The position numbers were made by a program, and so were the translations under genes. Below, piece by piece: positions 12,201-25,835 of a DNA stretch of 64,000 nucleotides. The stretch is from Eledone cirrhosa. Taxonomy: Eukaryota. The notes beneath the pieces are model-generated. The model made no database searches. It had not been told where the DNA came from and was given only the letters and a program-made list of their open reading frames with translations. The stretch is taken from NCBI GenBank assembly GCA_964016885.1, contig OZ024749.1, positions 11,098,001 to 11,162,000 on the forward strand, given 5' to 3'. Position 1 is the stretch's first letter. Every line of letters starts with the position of its first letter.

Positions 12201-12504
12201 ATGAGAGATTGTTCCAACAGAAACTGTGGGGGCCACAGTTAGTAGGGTTCAGTGCGGCCAACTGGCCTGTCCCTCCTCAAAGTGGTGTAATCCAGTGCCA
12301 GGCCAAAACCGTGGTTCTGCTGTGGGATGGGTTAGGCCCTTTGTATCAGTGCCATCCAGAACTGGGCTCCAACTCGCCCCTTCGCATTGTGGTGCCATCC
12401 AAAACTCGGCTCCCAAACTGACCCTGCTCATCCAGTACTGGGCCCCAAAAACAGTGGCTATCCTGAGATGGGTCAGGCTCCCTGTATCGGTGCCATCCAA
12501 TTCC

Positions 12505-14250
12505 AAGCTCCTACCCCAAACTTACTCAAAGGAAGGACCAGCTATTGAACTTGATAGTTTTACTATGAGGGATTGATGAATGTAGAGAATAAATGAGAGG
12601 AAGAGAAACTACCCCCAACTTACCTAAAGTAAGGACCAGCTATTGAAGTTGATAGTTTTAGGGTCAAAGACACAATCAAAGAGATCAAAAATGGTAAAGC
12701 TGCGAGACCATCAGAAATAGTTGCTGAGATGCTAAAAGCACCAGGAGAAGTAGGAGTCAAATTAGTAACCCACATAGTAAACCAAGTAATACATGATGGG
12801 GTCATAACCAATAACTGGGGCAACAGTACAATCATACATCAATTGCTACAAGGACAAAGGTGATGCCCTAGAAAGGAGCAACTATAGAGGAATAAAACTA
12901 ATGGACCAAGTTATGAAAGTGACAGAAAGAGTTCAGCTAATTAGGGAAAGAGTCAAAATAGATGAGATGCAGTTTGGTTTTGTGCTTGGGGAAAGTACAA
13001 CAGAGCAGTGCAAGCTATGTATAGAGGAGCTGTCAGTAAAGTGAAAGTAGGAAGTGAGTTTAGTGAGGAATTCAAGGTACAGGTAGGAGTTCATCAAAGT
13101 TCAGTTCTTAGCCCACTGCTGTTCATCATAGTTCTTCAGGCCATAACAGAAGAGTTTAAAACGGGCTCCCAATGGGAACTTCTCTGTGCAGATGATCTGG
13201 TCCTTATAGCTAAAACCAAAAAGAACTAGAGAATAAATTCCAATTATGGAAACTAAATTTGGAATCAAAAGGTCTGATAGGAAACTTAGCCCAAACTAAA
13301 GAGCTAGTAAGTAGGAGAGAAGATAGGACCCTGATTCCTTCAGGGAAGTGGCCCTGCTCAGAGTGTAGAAAGAGAGTAGGCATAAACTCCATACAATGTA
13401 CACTGTACACAAAAGATGTAGTGGGATAATGAGTAGACTAACAGGAACGGAGAACTTTGCTTGTAGAAGATGCACAGGAGAAATCTAATAATGATAAAAA
13501 CCTTTTCCAGTCACAGGAAGGATCTATAGATGTAGTTGGTAGCTTCTGCTATCAAGGTGACCTAATTAGCAGCAGAGGAAGGTGTGCCAAGAATATAATA
13601 ACTAGGATGGAAGAAGTTTAGAAAACTGCTCCCACTGCTGACAACAACAGGTTTCTCCCTTTGTAGAAAAGGAAGGCTGTATGACACCTGTGTGTGGTGC
13701 TACATGGCAGTGAAACATGGGCTGTGACTGCAGAGGACATGTGGCGCTACATGGCAGTGAAACATGGGCTGTGACTGCAGAGGACATGTGGTGCTACATG
13801 GCAGTGAAACATGGGCTGTGACTGCAGAGGACATGTGGTGCTACATGGCAGTGAAACATGGGCTGTGACTGCAGAGGACATGTGTAGACTGGAGAGACAT
13901 GAAGCAACTATGTTTTGTTGGATGTACAATGTAAATGTGAGAGAAAAGCAGAGCTTGGATGAGCTGAGGGAGAAGCTGGGTTTAAGGGGAATCCGAGATG
14001 GTGTGTTGGTATGGACATGTGATGCCAATGGGTAAAGAAATGCCAGGCAATCCCAGTGGAAGGAAACCGCAATAGAGGACAACTAAGAGAGGCCTTAGCA
14101 GAGGTTGTGAGAGCAGACCTCAAATCACTAAGACTGGAAAAGGAGATGACGAAGGAACGCGACAAGTGTAGAGATGCCGTGCTGAGAAGGACCCATCGAA
14201 CCCATGCAAGCATGGAAAGCTTGACATAAAAATGATGATGATGATGATGA
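12505..14250 (+). mobile_element. RTE LINE, RT to 3' end with (GAT)n tail, decayed
   Basis: NYRGIKLM, GVHQSSVLSPLLF, LLCADDLVL, LHGSETW; internal 47-bp x4 duplication at 13699-13885. Confidence 0.9.
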
Positions 14251-14579
14251 TATGTGTGTGATACATATACACATATGTATATAAAATAAATAATAAAAAT
14301 TTCTTATGATGTAACATAAAAAAAACAAAATAAGGCCATTTTTTCATATTTTTTTCTCTATAAAATAACACACCAATAAAATAAAAAAAATAAAAACGCC
14401 ATATCTTCTGCCAACATTACTATATATTAGATTGTTGCATGGTAAACTCTGAGTCTTATGAGGTTTTCACAAACAGCCTGTCAATATGTTGTAGAGTTTT
14501 ATTGGCACAATCTCTTTGGAAGGCATCTTACTTTATTTATCCTGGCATGTCTACTTTTATATCTCTTCTGCTGAGATAA

Positions 14580-15314
14580 TCATCACTACCACCATCATTA
14601 CCACCGCCACCACCACCATCAACACTGCCACCATCACCACCGCCACCACAACAACCAACACCATCAACACTACCACCACAACAACCAACACCATCAACAC
14701 CACCACCACCACCATCAACACTACCACTACCACCACCATTAACACTACCACTACCACCACCATCAACACTACCACCACCACCACCATCAACACTACCACC
14801 ATCACCACCATCAACACTACCACCACCATCAACGCTACCACAACAACCAACACCACCAACACTACCACCACCATCAACACTACCACCACCATCAACACTA
14901 CCACCACAACAACCAACACCATCAACACCACCACCACCACCACCATCAACACCACCAACACTATCACCACCATCAACACTACCACCACCATCAACACTAC
15001 CACCACAACAACCAACACCATCAACACCACCACCACCACCATCAACACTACCACCACCATCAACACTACCACCACCACCACCATCAACACTACCACCACC
15101 ATCAACACTACCACAACAACCAACACCATCAACACCACCACCACCATCATCACTACCACCACCATCAACACCACCACCACCATCAACACTACCACCACCA
15201 TCAACACTACCACCACCACCACCAACACCACCACCACCATCAACACTACCACCACCATCAACACTACCACCACCACCACCAACACTACCACCACCATCAA
15301 CACTACAACCACTG
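14580..15314. repeat. (ACC/AAC/ATC) trinucleotide-derived repeat
   Basis: direct reading; produces the poly-Thr and poly-Val ORFs. Confidence 0.95.
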
Positions 15315-15364
15315 CTAAACTATTGTTTATCAGCTGTACCATGCAACTATGCAACTCTGAATAT

Positions 15365-16200
15365 ATCTTTCTATCTATCTATCTAGGGCAGGTAAAATTC
15401 CCAAGATCCATGGACGAGGTCTCTCCAGCAGTCTCTGTCCTTCATCATTGCCGCCATGTCCTGCATCTCCCAGAGACCAGTGTCTGTCCTTAGGGCATCA
15501 ACATATGTCAACCTCAGTCTCCCTCTTCTAGTGTGTCCATGTAGGGGCTCCCATAGGAGCACTGAGTGCAGTGTCAACTCTGAATGTCGGTGAGCATGTC
15601 CAACTAACCTCAGTCTCCTCTGTGTCACTTTCAAGCTGACTTTTGGGAGGCTTTCATACAGCTCTGAGTTCTTCATCCTCAGTGTATACTGATTAATGTT
15701 CAGAGCCATCCTCAGCATTCTCATGTAGCACCCATTCCACATCTGATCTGAGTGAGTTTCTTGGTCAGTGTCCAAGTCTCAGACCCGTCACAGCAGCACA
15801 GACTCCACTGTAGCAACGAAGAGACAGATCTTCAGGTCTTTACTCAAACTGGAGAAACACCAGGACTCTGGCTTTACTGTAACACTGGCTCAGAGCAGGA
15901 GAGTTAAGGCAAAAAAGATATCAGATGCTGACGACATAGTTCTGGTGACAAACACAGTGAAGGTGGTAGAGGATGTAGGAGGTGGAGACTGTGTCGATGA
16001 GTGTGGGGCTGAGAATGAATGACATTAAGACGAAGTGTCTGGTAGAGAACATTAAGAAGCCAGAGAAGATTATGAATGTAGGTAGGAAGCCACTAGAGTT
16101 GGTTGAGGACTTCCTGTATCTGGGAGCAAAGATTGGGACACAGAGAATGATGTGGTTGACAGGAAGAGCAAAACCCGGATGGCATGCCACAGTTTGAGAA
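15365..16200 (-). mobile_element. RTE-like LINE 3' end with an inverted 5' segment
   Basis: minus 15365-15855: ATVESVLL...RMLRMALN...RRLRLVGH, (TAGA)n tail; plus 15860-16200: ADDIVL...GLRMN...FLYLG. Confidence 0.8.
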
Positions 16201-17290
16201 TATATGTTTATAGGAGTTTATCAAATAGAAATCCCAGCAATTGTCGGTTATTGGGTAAATGTTTGTACAAAAACATCATTTACCGAAGTATGGTCAAATC
16301 TAAACTAGGAATATATAAATATGTGGGTTCCACTTCAAATATTTTCAAGAAAAGATGGTGTGGGTGTGCACATACCATGTTTAGAAACCCCAGTTTAGCT
16401 AGATCTACGGCCCTGGCGATAAAAATCTGGGATCTGTAGCACGCTAATATTGAATACACACTACAATTTTCCGTGCTAAAATTTGCCCACCCATACCTGA
16501 ATGAAAGACGCCTCTGTGAACTATGTTTGGCAGAAGTAATTGAAGTAGCAACCGGAAAGGACCTTCTAAATTCCTGGCACAATAGGATATTTAACTGCAA
16601 ACACAAGATTCTAAAAACCTTCACTAAATACAAACCAGACTAGAACAAGATTCTATCCCTAATACCTAGGTTTTACTACATCCTATTTCATATATTTCCT
16701 GTGGCATTTTAACTTTTCACACCTACCCAAAGCATTCAGTAATATTCAAAACAATCTAATTTTCTTAATTCGTCTCCTCCTTACCCACTCCACCCTACCC
16801 TCTCCTTTTCTGTCCTCTTTATACCTTCTCTACCATCTCGACCATATATGGTAAACATCAAAACCTTCACCCATGCCAATGGTCAAAGAATAATTGTTCC
16901 ACATCACAGAGATTAATAATGTGAAACTCTTTACCCCTACTCCCTCTCCTTTTTACTCTCTCTCCCACCACATCAACTTACTGTATTTTATTCTATTTTT
17001 ATTGTCATTTTTATTTATTTATATTTTCTTAAATGAAAATCCCATTCCTGAATAGTCACTTCCTCAATTATAGGCTTTCTCATATTGCATATGATTGAAC
17101 AATATATATTGTAGTCAGCATATGTAGACACTGTATAATAGACACAGAAACATATGATTGAACAATATATATTGTAGTCAGCGTATGTAGACAATTATAA
17201 TAGACACAGAAACATATGTTAAAGCAAATAAATTCCTAATCTCCTTTCTCGCCGCTGTTTATATTTTTATTGGTGTAATACTTGCTTATA
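16200..17290 (+). mobile_element. Penelope-like element fragment (GIY-YIG and 3' region)
   Basis: CRLLGKCLYKNIIY...YVGSTSNIFKKR...STALAIKIWDL...CELCLAE; in-frame stop; 3' boundary approximate. Confidence 0.75.
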
Positions 17291-17859
17291 TATATATATA
17301 TTTATATAACAAAGAAGGTGTGGTAAGATACCAGGTGGACCATAACACACCAGAGTACTCAATGTGTAGTAGAGTGGGTAATATGAAAAGAGTCATATAT
17401 ATATATATCGTTAAACTTTGGGAGGGTCATGCTGCCAATAAAATGACCCTAACACACGTTTTCAGATAAGAAATCTTGCAAAACAAATTAAAAAACAACG
17501 TATTTATAAAGAATTCGAAGTTTAAAAGCCATGTCAATGTGAATTGGAAGAATAAATAAATCTTTATATATATATATCATCATCATCACCGTTTTACGTC
17601 CATTTTCTACACTACCATGGCTTAGACGAGTTGTCTTGTTGTGGGCAATGCTAGGTCAGGTGACCATGTCTTGCTCATACAGAACTGATTTGGGCTTGGT
17701 TTCTACAGCTGGATGCCCTTCCTAACACCAACCTCATTTATAGTGAGTACTGGGTGCTTTTTGTCATGACACCTGCACGACCAATTTACAGAATGTACTG
17801 GGTGCTTTTTATCGTGACACCTACACATAGGAGGGTGGGATGCGGTGGGGTGGGGGCAT

Positions 17860-19320
17860 ACTGTATATATGTGCTTCAGCTTCGGCCTGTACCCATGAGA
17901 AGTTGGGTCACCTGTATTACTGCATAACGCCAGAGATCTTGGTCTTGCATCATCACGTTTGAGAGGTGCAATTGGGCAAGATCAGCTTTTATTACCTTAG
18001 CCCAAGTCTTCCTGTGTCCCCCCACTCTGCAGCTTCCACCGATTTTGAGTGCTCTCGTTCATACGCATCACATGCTCATACCAGTGCAATCTCCTCTTAT
18101 GCCTAGTCTCTCTCTCAATTAATTTATGCTTTGCCATTCACATATATTACTATTATGCATCCATTGGAGCATGAAAGCTTCGTGTCTTTCCAATCTACGC
18201 AAGTCTTCTGCACACAGCGCCCAGATCTCACTACTATGTAATATTGCTGTTTGTATGCACACATCATACAGTCTGCCTTTCATTCTGCCTTTTTAGCTAG
18301 CAGTAATGTTAGCTCCCTGAACTTCTTCCATCCTGTTCTTACCCTGGCTACTGTGCTTTCAGAACACCCACCTCCACTGCTAGTTACCCAGGTAGCAGAA
18401 GCTGTCTACTGTTTCTACAGAGTCCTCCCAGAATTTGGTGGCACTTGTTTCCTGTGGTTGTTTGCTGCTTAATGTTCCAGTGCAACTGCTACATGTAAAA
18501 CCTATGTTCCTAGCTAAACTTCCTGAGATCGCACTACATCTCTTGTCTACCCATAGTTTGCATTTGGGGCAGAGGATGGAATTTCTACTTACACCTTTCC
18601 TAGATACTGAGCAAGACCATTTTCCTGAGGGGATCAAGGTTCTGTTTTCTCTTCTACTTATTAGGACCTTAGGTTGACTTTGAGACCCTTTATTTCTAGG
18701 CCAAGCTTCCAGGTTTGGAATTTCTTCTCTAGTTCCATCATAGATTCATCTATGAGTGTAAGCTCATCTGTGTACAGAAGTTCCCATGGGCAGCAGCCTG
18801 TAATATGACAATAAACAGGAGAAGGCTAAGAACAGAGCTCTGGTGGACAACAACCTGTATGCTAAATTCCTTGCTATAGTCATTGTTAACCCTATCTTTT
18901 TAGCTAGGTACTTTTCCTATAACTGCCTCACGAGGAAGAGAGCATCAGCGGTCCTTTTGCCTGGCACAAATCTGAACTGCATCTCATCTAGATTTACCCT
19001 GTCCCTAATCAGCTGTTCTATAACTCTTTCTGTTACTTTCATGACCTGGTCCATCAACTTGGTGCCTCTATAGTTTCTTCTATCGAGTGCATCTCCTTTA
19101 CCCTTGTAGCAGTTGACAATGATGCTACTGCACCAATCATTTGGTGTGAACAACCGGCCCAGATGCTTTCAGCATCTCGGCAACTATTCCTGATGGACCA
19201 GCTGCTTTCCCAGTCTTCATATCCTTAATTGCTTTACTAAACTGCTGCTGGGCCCTCTGTAGGGTCCACTTGGGGTAGGCTCTCTTTCTCCTGTGTATTC
19301 TCCTCATTCAGTAATCTTGT
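17860..19320 (-). mobile_element. RTE LINE, RT to 3' end, decayed
   Basis: YKGKGDALDRRNYRG...QFRFVPGK; Cys-rich insert IPSGKWSC...CPKCKLWV; FCYLG. Confidence 0.9.
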
Positions 19321-19395
19321 ATACTCACATATACACATACACATATACACACACATACACATACAGATGGAAGGACATTTAGACATCATACATAT

Positions 19396-19428
<33 letters not shown>

Positions 19429-19719
19429 GAGAGAGAGAGGGGGGGGGGAGACAGATAGATAGATAGAGAAAGACAGGTAGGTGGATTGTTAGATAGGTTA
19501 ATAAATAAAGGAACCTCTAAAAACTTTAAGCTCATATTTGCTCTGCTGCACATTTTTATTAACTCATTTTTTTGTTAGACAGATTGTAAAATTGGGACAT
19601 GCTTGAATGACTAGAAAGACATACAACTAAATAGCTTGATAGATAGCTAAATATATAGATTTACAGATATATGTAGAGCTAAAGAGCTTGGTAGACATTA
19701 ATATATAGATTCATAGATA

Positions 19720-20095
19720 TGTTTCTTTATTAGCCACAGGGGCACAAAAGAAGGGGACAATACAAAGGAGGAAGTTTACATACAATAAAAATGTGTAAGA
19801 TACTATCGCAAATGCAATTTAAAAATTAATCGATTTTCCCCAATAGGGGGAGACATAACATATGGGTAACACATACCCCCGAAAAAATGTACAACCCTCA
19901 TCTCCAGGAGTATGAAGAGTTAGTACCCCTTTCCTCTCTTCCTCTTTTTCATCAACCTACAGGCTGATACAGAGAGAAGGCCCATTCACTTGGGCCATTC
20001 TTGCCACTTTCACCCACCTTTCATAAAACTTGCTGGGGTACAGCACCTCTCTCTCCATCCTGATTCTTCTTCCAAAGTGGTATTTGAAAAAAAGA
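19720..20095 (-). mobile_element. L1/Tx1-like 3' fragment related to 40745-41050
   Basis: shared TTTTTCAA.T.CCACTT...GAGAG..TGCTG and a similar terminus. Confidence 0.5.
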
Positions 20096-20227
20096 ATCAG
20101 ATAGATTGTTAGAAAAGCATATAGCTAAACAGGTTGGTAGATATATTGGTAGATAGATCAATAAGTAGATAGACGGAAAGACAGATAAATAGATATGTAG
20201 AAAGGCAGATAGGTAGAGGGACAGACA

Positions 20228-20627
<400 letters not shown>

Positions 20628-22613
20628 AGTATATATACTACTGCCAAACACTATGAGCACAACAAATGGGAATTGCAACAACTGCGTCAACAGCAATAAC
20701 ACTAACCATGTTAGGGCTGCGCATGGTAGTGGGGTGGCTGGTGAGGCCATGTGCGAGAACCCCTGACCATCATCAAGCAATCACACAACAGGAACAGGAA
20801 AAGGAACAAGAATATGAAGACGTCGCATCTCAGAGTTGCAACACTTAATGTTGGCACTCTCACAGGTAGATCTGGTGAAATAGTGTAGATGTTGGAGAGA
20901 AGGCATGTGGATGTGTGCTGCATGCAAGAGGTGAGATGGAGAGGTGCCTCTGCGAGACTAATCGCAGGCAAACATCTTAGTTATAAGCTTTTCGGCGTAG
21001 GTAATGATGATGGGTTAGGGGGAGTAGGCATTTTCCTGGCTGAGAGATGGATCAATAAGACAATAGAGGTAGTTAGAGTTAGTAATAGAATAATTAAGCT
21101 TAGATTAGTTGTAGGCAAGAGACTACTGACAATCATCTCTGCCTATACTCTCCAGGCAGGCCTAGGCAAAGAAGAGAAAGACGGCTTTTACGAGCAACTT
21201 TTACAAACAGCCGCAATGACAGAGGTCGAAGACATCGTTATGCTAGCAGGGGACTTCAATGGTCATGTTGGACAGCTCCAGGATGGTTACACTGGGGTAC
21301 ATGGTGAGCACGGTTACGGCTCAAGAAATGAAGAAGGAGTGAGACTTCTTGAATTTTGTGATGCAAGTGCACTAACCATTTGCAACACTAACTTCCAGAA
21401 ACTTGTCAACCACCTAATAACCTACAAATCAGGTGAGCACATAAGCCAGATTGACTTCTTGCTAGTTAGGCAGCGGGACAGGCAGATGGTGTCAAATACC
21501 AAAGCATACCCCACAGCATAGGTTAGTCGTTAGTGATATCTCAGTAAGCAAGAGACTGAATGAGACATACAGGAAGGTGTGAAGAAGAAAGGTCTGGAAG
21601 CTAAAAGACCTTTCACTAAAATACAAATTTAGGAGAGCCCTTCAAGATGTGTATGACGAAAAAGAAGACGATTTAGAGTCGTATGACATAGATAATAATT
21701 GGAATTTCTTACGTGACAGCTTACTGCAGGTTACTGAAGAAACTTGTGGCTGGAGCTCTGCTCCAGCCACAAGTTTCTTCAGTAGCCTGGTGGTGGAACA
21801 GCATGGTAGATAAGGCCATTAGAGACAAAAGACTAGCATGGAAGGCTTGGAAAAATGGTGGGAGTAGAGATGGATATGCAGCTGCTAAGAGAGAAGCTAG
21901 ACGTCAGGTGTATTTAGCATGCAGGGAGGCTGAGAGTAGGAGGTTTGCCAATGTTCTGCGACGGGAAGATCAGAGCCGTGCAGTGTTCCACATTGCAAGG
22001 TAGTGTGCCAGTGCAAAGCAGGATGTTGTTGGAGATAAATGAGCCCGGAATGATGCCGGTGTACTTAGTGTCACGAATGATCAAAAAAAGGAGGCCTGGA
22101 AATGTCATTATGAGAGACTGATGAATGTGGAGAATGAATGGGAGAGAGAGAAATTACCTCCAATAGATCCGACAGCGGGACCAGCTATTGAGATTGACGA
22201 ATATAGGGTCCGAGAGGCGATAAAGGAAATGAAAAATGGTAAGGCCGCTGGACCGTCAGGGATAGTTGCTGAGATGCTGAAGTCAACAAGAGAAGTAGGC
22301 ACTAAACTGGTTGCACGCATCATCAATCAAGCTATATATGGTGGTTTTGCAGTCTGGTTTTGTGCCTCGGAAAAGTACAACAGATGCTCTCTTCTTGGTG
22401 AGACAATTGCAAGAGAGAAATTAGAGAAGAATAAGCCACTATACTTAGCCTTTGTTGACCTAGAGAAGGCCTTTGATAGGGTACTCCGATCTGTCATCTG
22501 GTGGTCCCTAAGGAAACTAGGTGTTGAGGAATGGCTTGTGAGGACAGTGCAAGCTATGTACGGAGGTGCTGTCAGTAAAGTGAGAATAGGAATGGAGTTT
22601 AGTGAGGAATTCC
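20628..22613 (+). mobile_element. RTE LINE 5' portion: 5' UTR, AP endonuclease and RT N-half, with stops and an internal deletion
   Basis: RVATLNVGTLTGRS...CCMQEVRW...GVG...GDFNGHVG...QIDF...; AFVDLEKAFDRV. Confidence 0.93.
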
Positions 22614-23313
22614 ATATATATATATAGTCTTTCTCTTTCCATTCCCATCTCTGCGTCCTGTCCCTCTCTATCTATTTATGTTTCTCTCTTTCTCCCTCTT
22701 CCCTTTTCTCTGTCTCTCCCCCTCTTTTGTCTCTCCTCTTCCACATTCCCTCTCCTCTGTCTCTTTCTCCCCCCTCTATCTTCCTCTCTCTTTTTAATCA
22801 TATAAGCAGTTCATGGCCGACTCTTCATTCATTATATCCAGGGCTGGTTTTACCATTAAGGCTAACAAGACAGCCACCTTGGGTGTAGACTTCTGAAGGA
22901 CACATGACAGACAGGGCTGGTGTTACCATTAAGGCCATTAATAGATCCCTAAACATCATCACCATATAACAGTGTTGAAGAAATATCTAAGCCAGTGGAA
23001 AGAGTTGTATAGTGTTATGACCTGTCAGATAATTTGGCATAAGTGAGAGTGGACTGTAGTGGAAAATACAGGCTAAGTAATTTTTTTAGTGTGGTCAGAA
23101 GTGAAAGTGTCAAAAACTAGGTTTGACAGTTGAAGTTGAAATTATTTCATTTGGGTGAATGGGGCAGTCAATGTAGGTCTAAGCTAGGGTACAAAACACC
23201 AAAACACAGGCCCTGTGCTTATGGTGAAGACACCCCAAGCAAGATTTGTTTCCAAACTAATGCAACATCTAACTAAATATGAAATATCTAATCTCACTAT
23301 TGATGGACATTAA

Positions 23314-23562
23314 CCCTTTAGCATTTACATTACTCTATATATACTATGGTATTTTCATAGTAAAGGCTTTATATATAATTATCTCACATAATATGGAATC
23401 TATGAGATTTTGATGTTATTCATTTTAAGAACAATAACTTAATATTGGTATGAGTGAACAGTTGGGTGTAGACTTCTGAAGGACACATGACAGACAGGGC
23501 TGTTTGAACAGAAAGAGGTGAGAGAATTCTGGCCGAATATGGCCAGTTTAAATGCTAAAGTG
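23314..23562. mobile_element. piggyBac-like MITE
   Basis: TTAA|CCCTTTAGCATTTA ... TAAATGCTAAAGTG|TTAA. Confidence 0.85.
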
Positions 23563-23819
23563 TTAAGGCAGTAATAGTAGGAATTGTGCTTATAGGGAAG
23601 ACACCCCCATCAGGATTTGTTCTCAAACTAATATGGAACCTAACTAAATGATATAATGTGTCTAATCTCACTGTCTGTTTTTATTTATCTAAAAACCATC
23701 CATATTGTTATTTTGGGGGTTAGGACCCTTTTCTCAAAAGAAAGGGAATGTAGTGTAATGGTGATATATACACTATACAGCATCATAATATAGATTTTAA
23801 CAATTCTTTTTTATCACAG

Positions 23820-23972
23820 ATACTTCCGACAACCAGTCAGCTTAAATCGGTCAACCATAAAGATTCCCGATGAAGTTCCACGAGATGAGAAAAATACTAT
23901 TGATACTATTGCCTTCACTGCACGACTTGATGATGTTTTCCAACAGAATATGGCTGATGATCCACTACTCAG
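23820..23972 (+). CDS. alpha2delta/CACHD1-family (VWA + Cache domain) protein, first exon visible in window (internal exon)
   Basis: tttatcacAG|...CTCAG|GTgag; translates YFRQPVSLNRSTIKIPDEVPRDEKNTIDTIAFTARLDDVFQQNMADDPLLR (VWA_N-like); phase 2 joins the next exon to give DPLLRWQYFGS, an alpha2delta signature. Not in the ORF track in this frame. Confidence 0.92.
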
Positions 23973-24128
23973 GTGAGCACAGCATCATTTCTTTTTCATA
24001 TGACCCTCATCCAGCACCATTCTTTTCCATAGTGTACCATCACATTTATGGTGATATGTAAATTTGAATGCAAACATGAAAATTGTGAACTTCATTACTA
24101 AAATTATTTCATCTGTTGTATATATATA

Positions 24129-24510
24129 TCATCATCATCATCATACCTCCGCTTTTCCCTGCTTGCAAGGGTGGGATGGGAACTGATTCTGGCTTGATTT
24201 CTACTGCTGGATGCCCTTCCTAACACCAACCTCATTTACAGTGAGTGCTGGGTGCTTTTTTCCATGGCGCCTACACGTCCACTTTACAGTGTGGGCTGGG
24301 TGCTTTTTTGTCGTGGCACCTCCACAACCACTTTGCAGTAGAATGATAGGGACCCCAGTCCTATCATCTCATTTCTACAGCTGAGTAAACTGGAGCAATG
24401 TGAAGTAAAGTGTCTTATTCAAAGAAACAACACATCACCCGGTCTGAGAATTGAACTCACAACCTTTCGATTGCAAGGCCAATGCTCTAACAACTAAGCC
24501 ATGTGCCTCC
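24129..24510 (-). mobile_element. SINE family A, full length
   Basis: reverse complement of the 3196 copy, with a duplicated internal unit. Confidence 0.9.
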
Positions 24511-24549
24511 ATATATATATATTAAAAAAAAAGAATATATATATGTGTG

Positions 24550-25700
24550 TGTAAAAGGTAAACAGAAATAACAACACAATCGGTACAGTATATGGAAGGT
24601 ATATATTAGGTTAACACTTGATATAGCAGGAAGAGGGTCTTAACGTTTCGGACGCTAGTCCTTCATCAGAAGAAAGAATGAGAAATAAAATAGATTGAGG
24701 GGACGGGTGGGATGGAATTGGAAAAAATGTCTTTAGATAAAAATAACAGGTCCATTCATAACATCTCTTGCAAAACTGTTGGTGCTGGCGTTTTGTGTGT
24801 GTGCTTGTAAGTACAAATCTATGAGCAAAAGTATGTTAATATAAGGGTGTGTATGTGTGTATACAGAGCAGTGAAGAGAAAAGTGGAGTGAGCACATATA
24901 GTCGGCATGTATTAGTTGTAAGAGCAGCTGCTAATGATCAAGAGAAAGCGATAGGAATCTAGGGGTGTGATAATGGACGGGGTATTAGAGAAATTGGGGG
25001 GCGGAGGGGTTGAGTCCAAGAGGGGAATAGGATCTAAGGCAGTGAATCAGACTTTGTTCAGTCCTGGTGCGCAAGGCCCGTGATCCATGATGTAAAAGGA
25101 CACCCAGGACTGAAACATGTAGGGAAGAGTGACCAGGAGAACAGAAATGACGGGCGACAGGAGTATCCAAACCGAGTCGTATCTCCCTCAAATGTTCGGC
25201 AAAACGGTCCGCCATACGGCATCTCGTTTCTCCGATATATAAAGACCCGCAAAGGGAACACCGGGGGGCATAGACAACATGGGTGGATGTGCAAGTGAAG
25301 GAATGGCGGATACGGAAAGACCCGTTGGGGCCTGTAAGAGTGGTGAGGGTGGAGATAAAGGGACAAGTGTTGCAGCAGGAACAGGAACAAGGATGAGAGC
25401 CGGGTGGAGTCATGGGAGAGGACGAAAAGGAACTGTGAACCAGGAAGTTGCGGAGGTTCCGGGCGCGCTTAAAAGCAGTAATGGGTGGGTTTGGAAAAAA
25501 GCAAGAAGTGACGGGGTCAGAAGAGAGGATACGGAAGGAACGGAGGATATGTCGCCGGAATATATTAAGCAAGCAAAAAGGAGAGGAAAGTGATTAGTTA
25601 AGAAAATGACAAGCCAGTAGAGAGAGGGGTTGTGTGCTCGATGCATATAGTTTGCAAATATACATATTCGAAAATTTGTTATTGTTTTCTCTGACATTTG
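24550..25700 (-). mobile_element. Penelope-like element, 5'-truncated (GIY-YIG ORF 24985-25572 plus hammerhead pLTR)
   Basis: AFKRARNLRNFLV...CxxCxTC...FTCTSTHVVYAPRCSLCGSLYIGET...RFAEH...VARHF...E..LI..L...P.GLN; hammerhead downstream. Confidence 0.9.
24638..24673 (-). ncRNA. minimal hammerhead ribozyme in Penelope-like pLTR
   Basis: reverse complement TCTT CTGATGA A GGAC-TAGC-GTCC GAAA CGTT AAGA; palindromic AACGTT stem III; lies 3' of a GIY-YIG ORF on the same strand. Confidence 0.8.
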
Positions 25701-25708
25701 ATACATGC

Positions 25709-25745
<37 letters not shown>

Positions 25746-25790
25746 TTATGAAAATAAAACAAAGAAGCCTTCAATACATCAAAAGTCTTT

Positions 25791-25835
25791 ATTAGCCAAC
25801 AATGTTTCGGCCTATTAAGGACTCATCAGGCCAAT
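25791..25835 (-). ncRNA. minimal hammerhead-like motif (variant/decayed)
   Basis: reverse complement ATTGGC CTGATGA GTCCTTAATAGGCC GAAA CATTGTTG GCTAAT, running into AATAAA. Confidence 0.6.

Noticed and set aside
14516-15493. Mucin-like poly-Thr ORF
   Set aside because: Trinucleotide repeat running into an antisense LINE; no ATG start or convincing splice sites
17088-17235. Duplicated ~64-bp segment with GAAACATATGT, hammerhead-like
   Set aside because: CUGANGA box missing; too decayed to call as a feature
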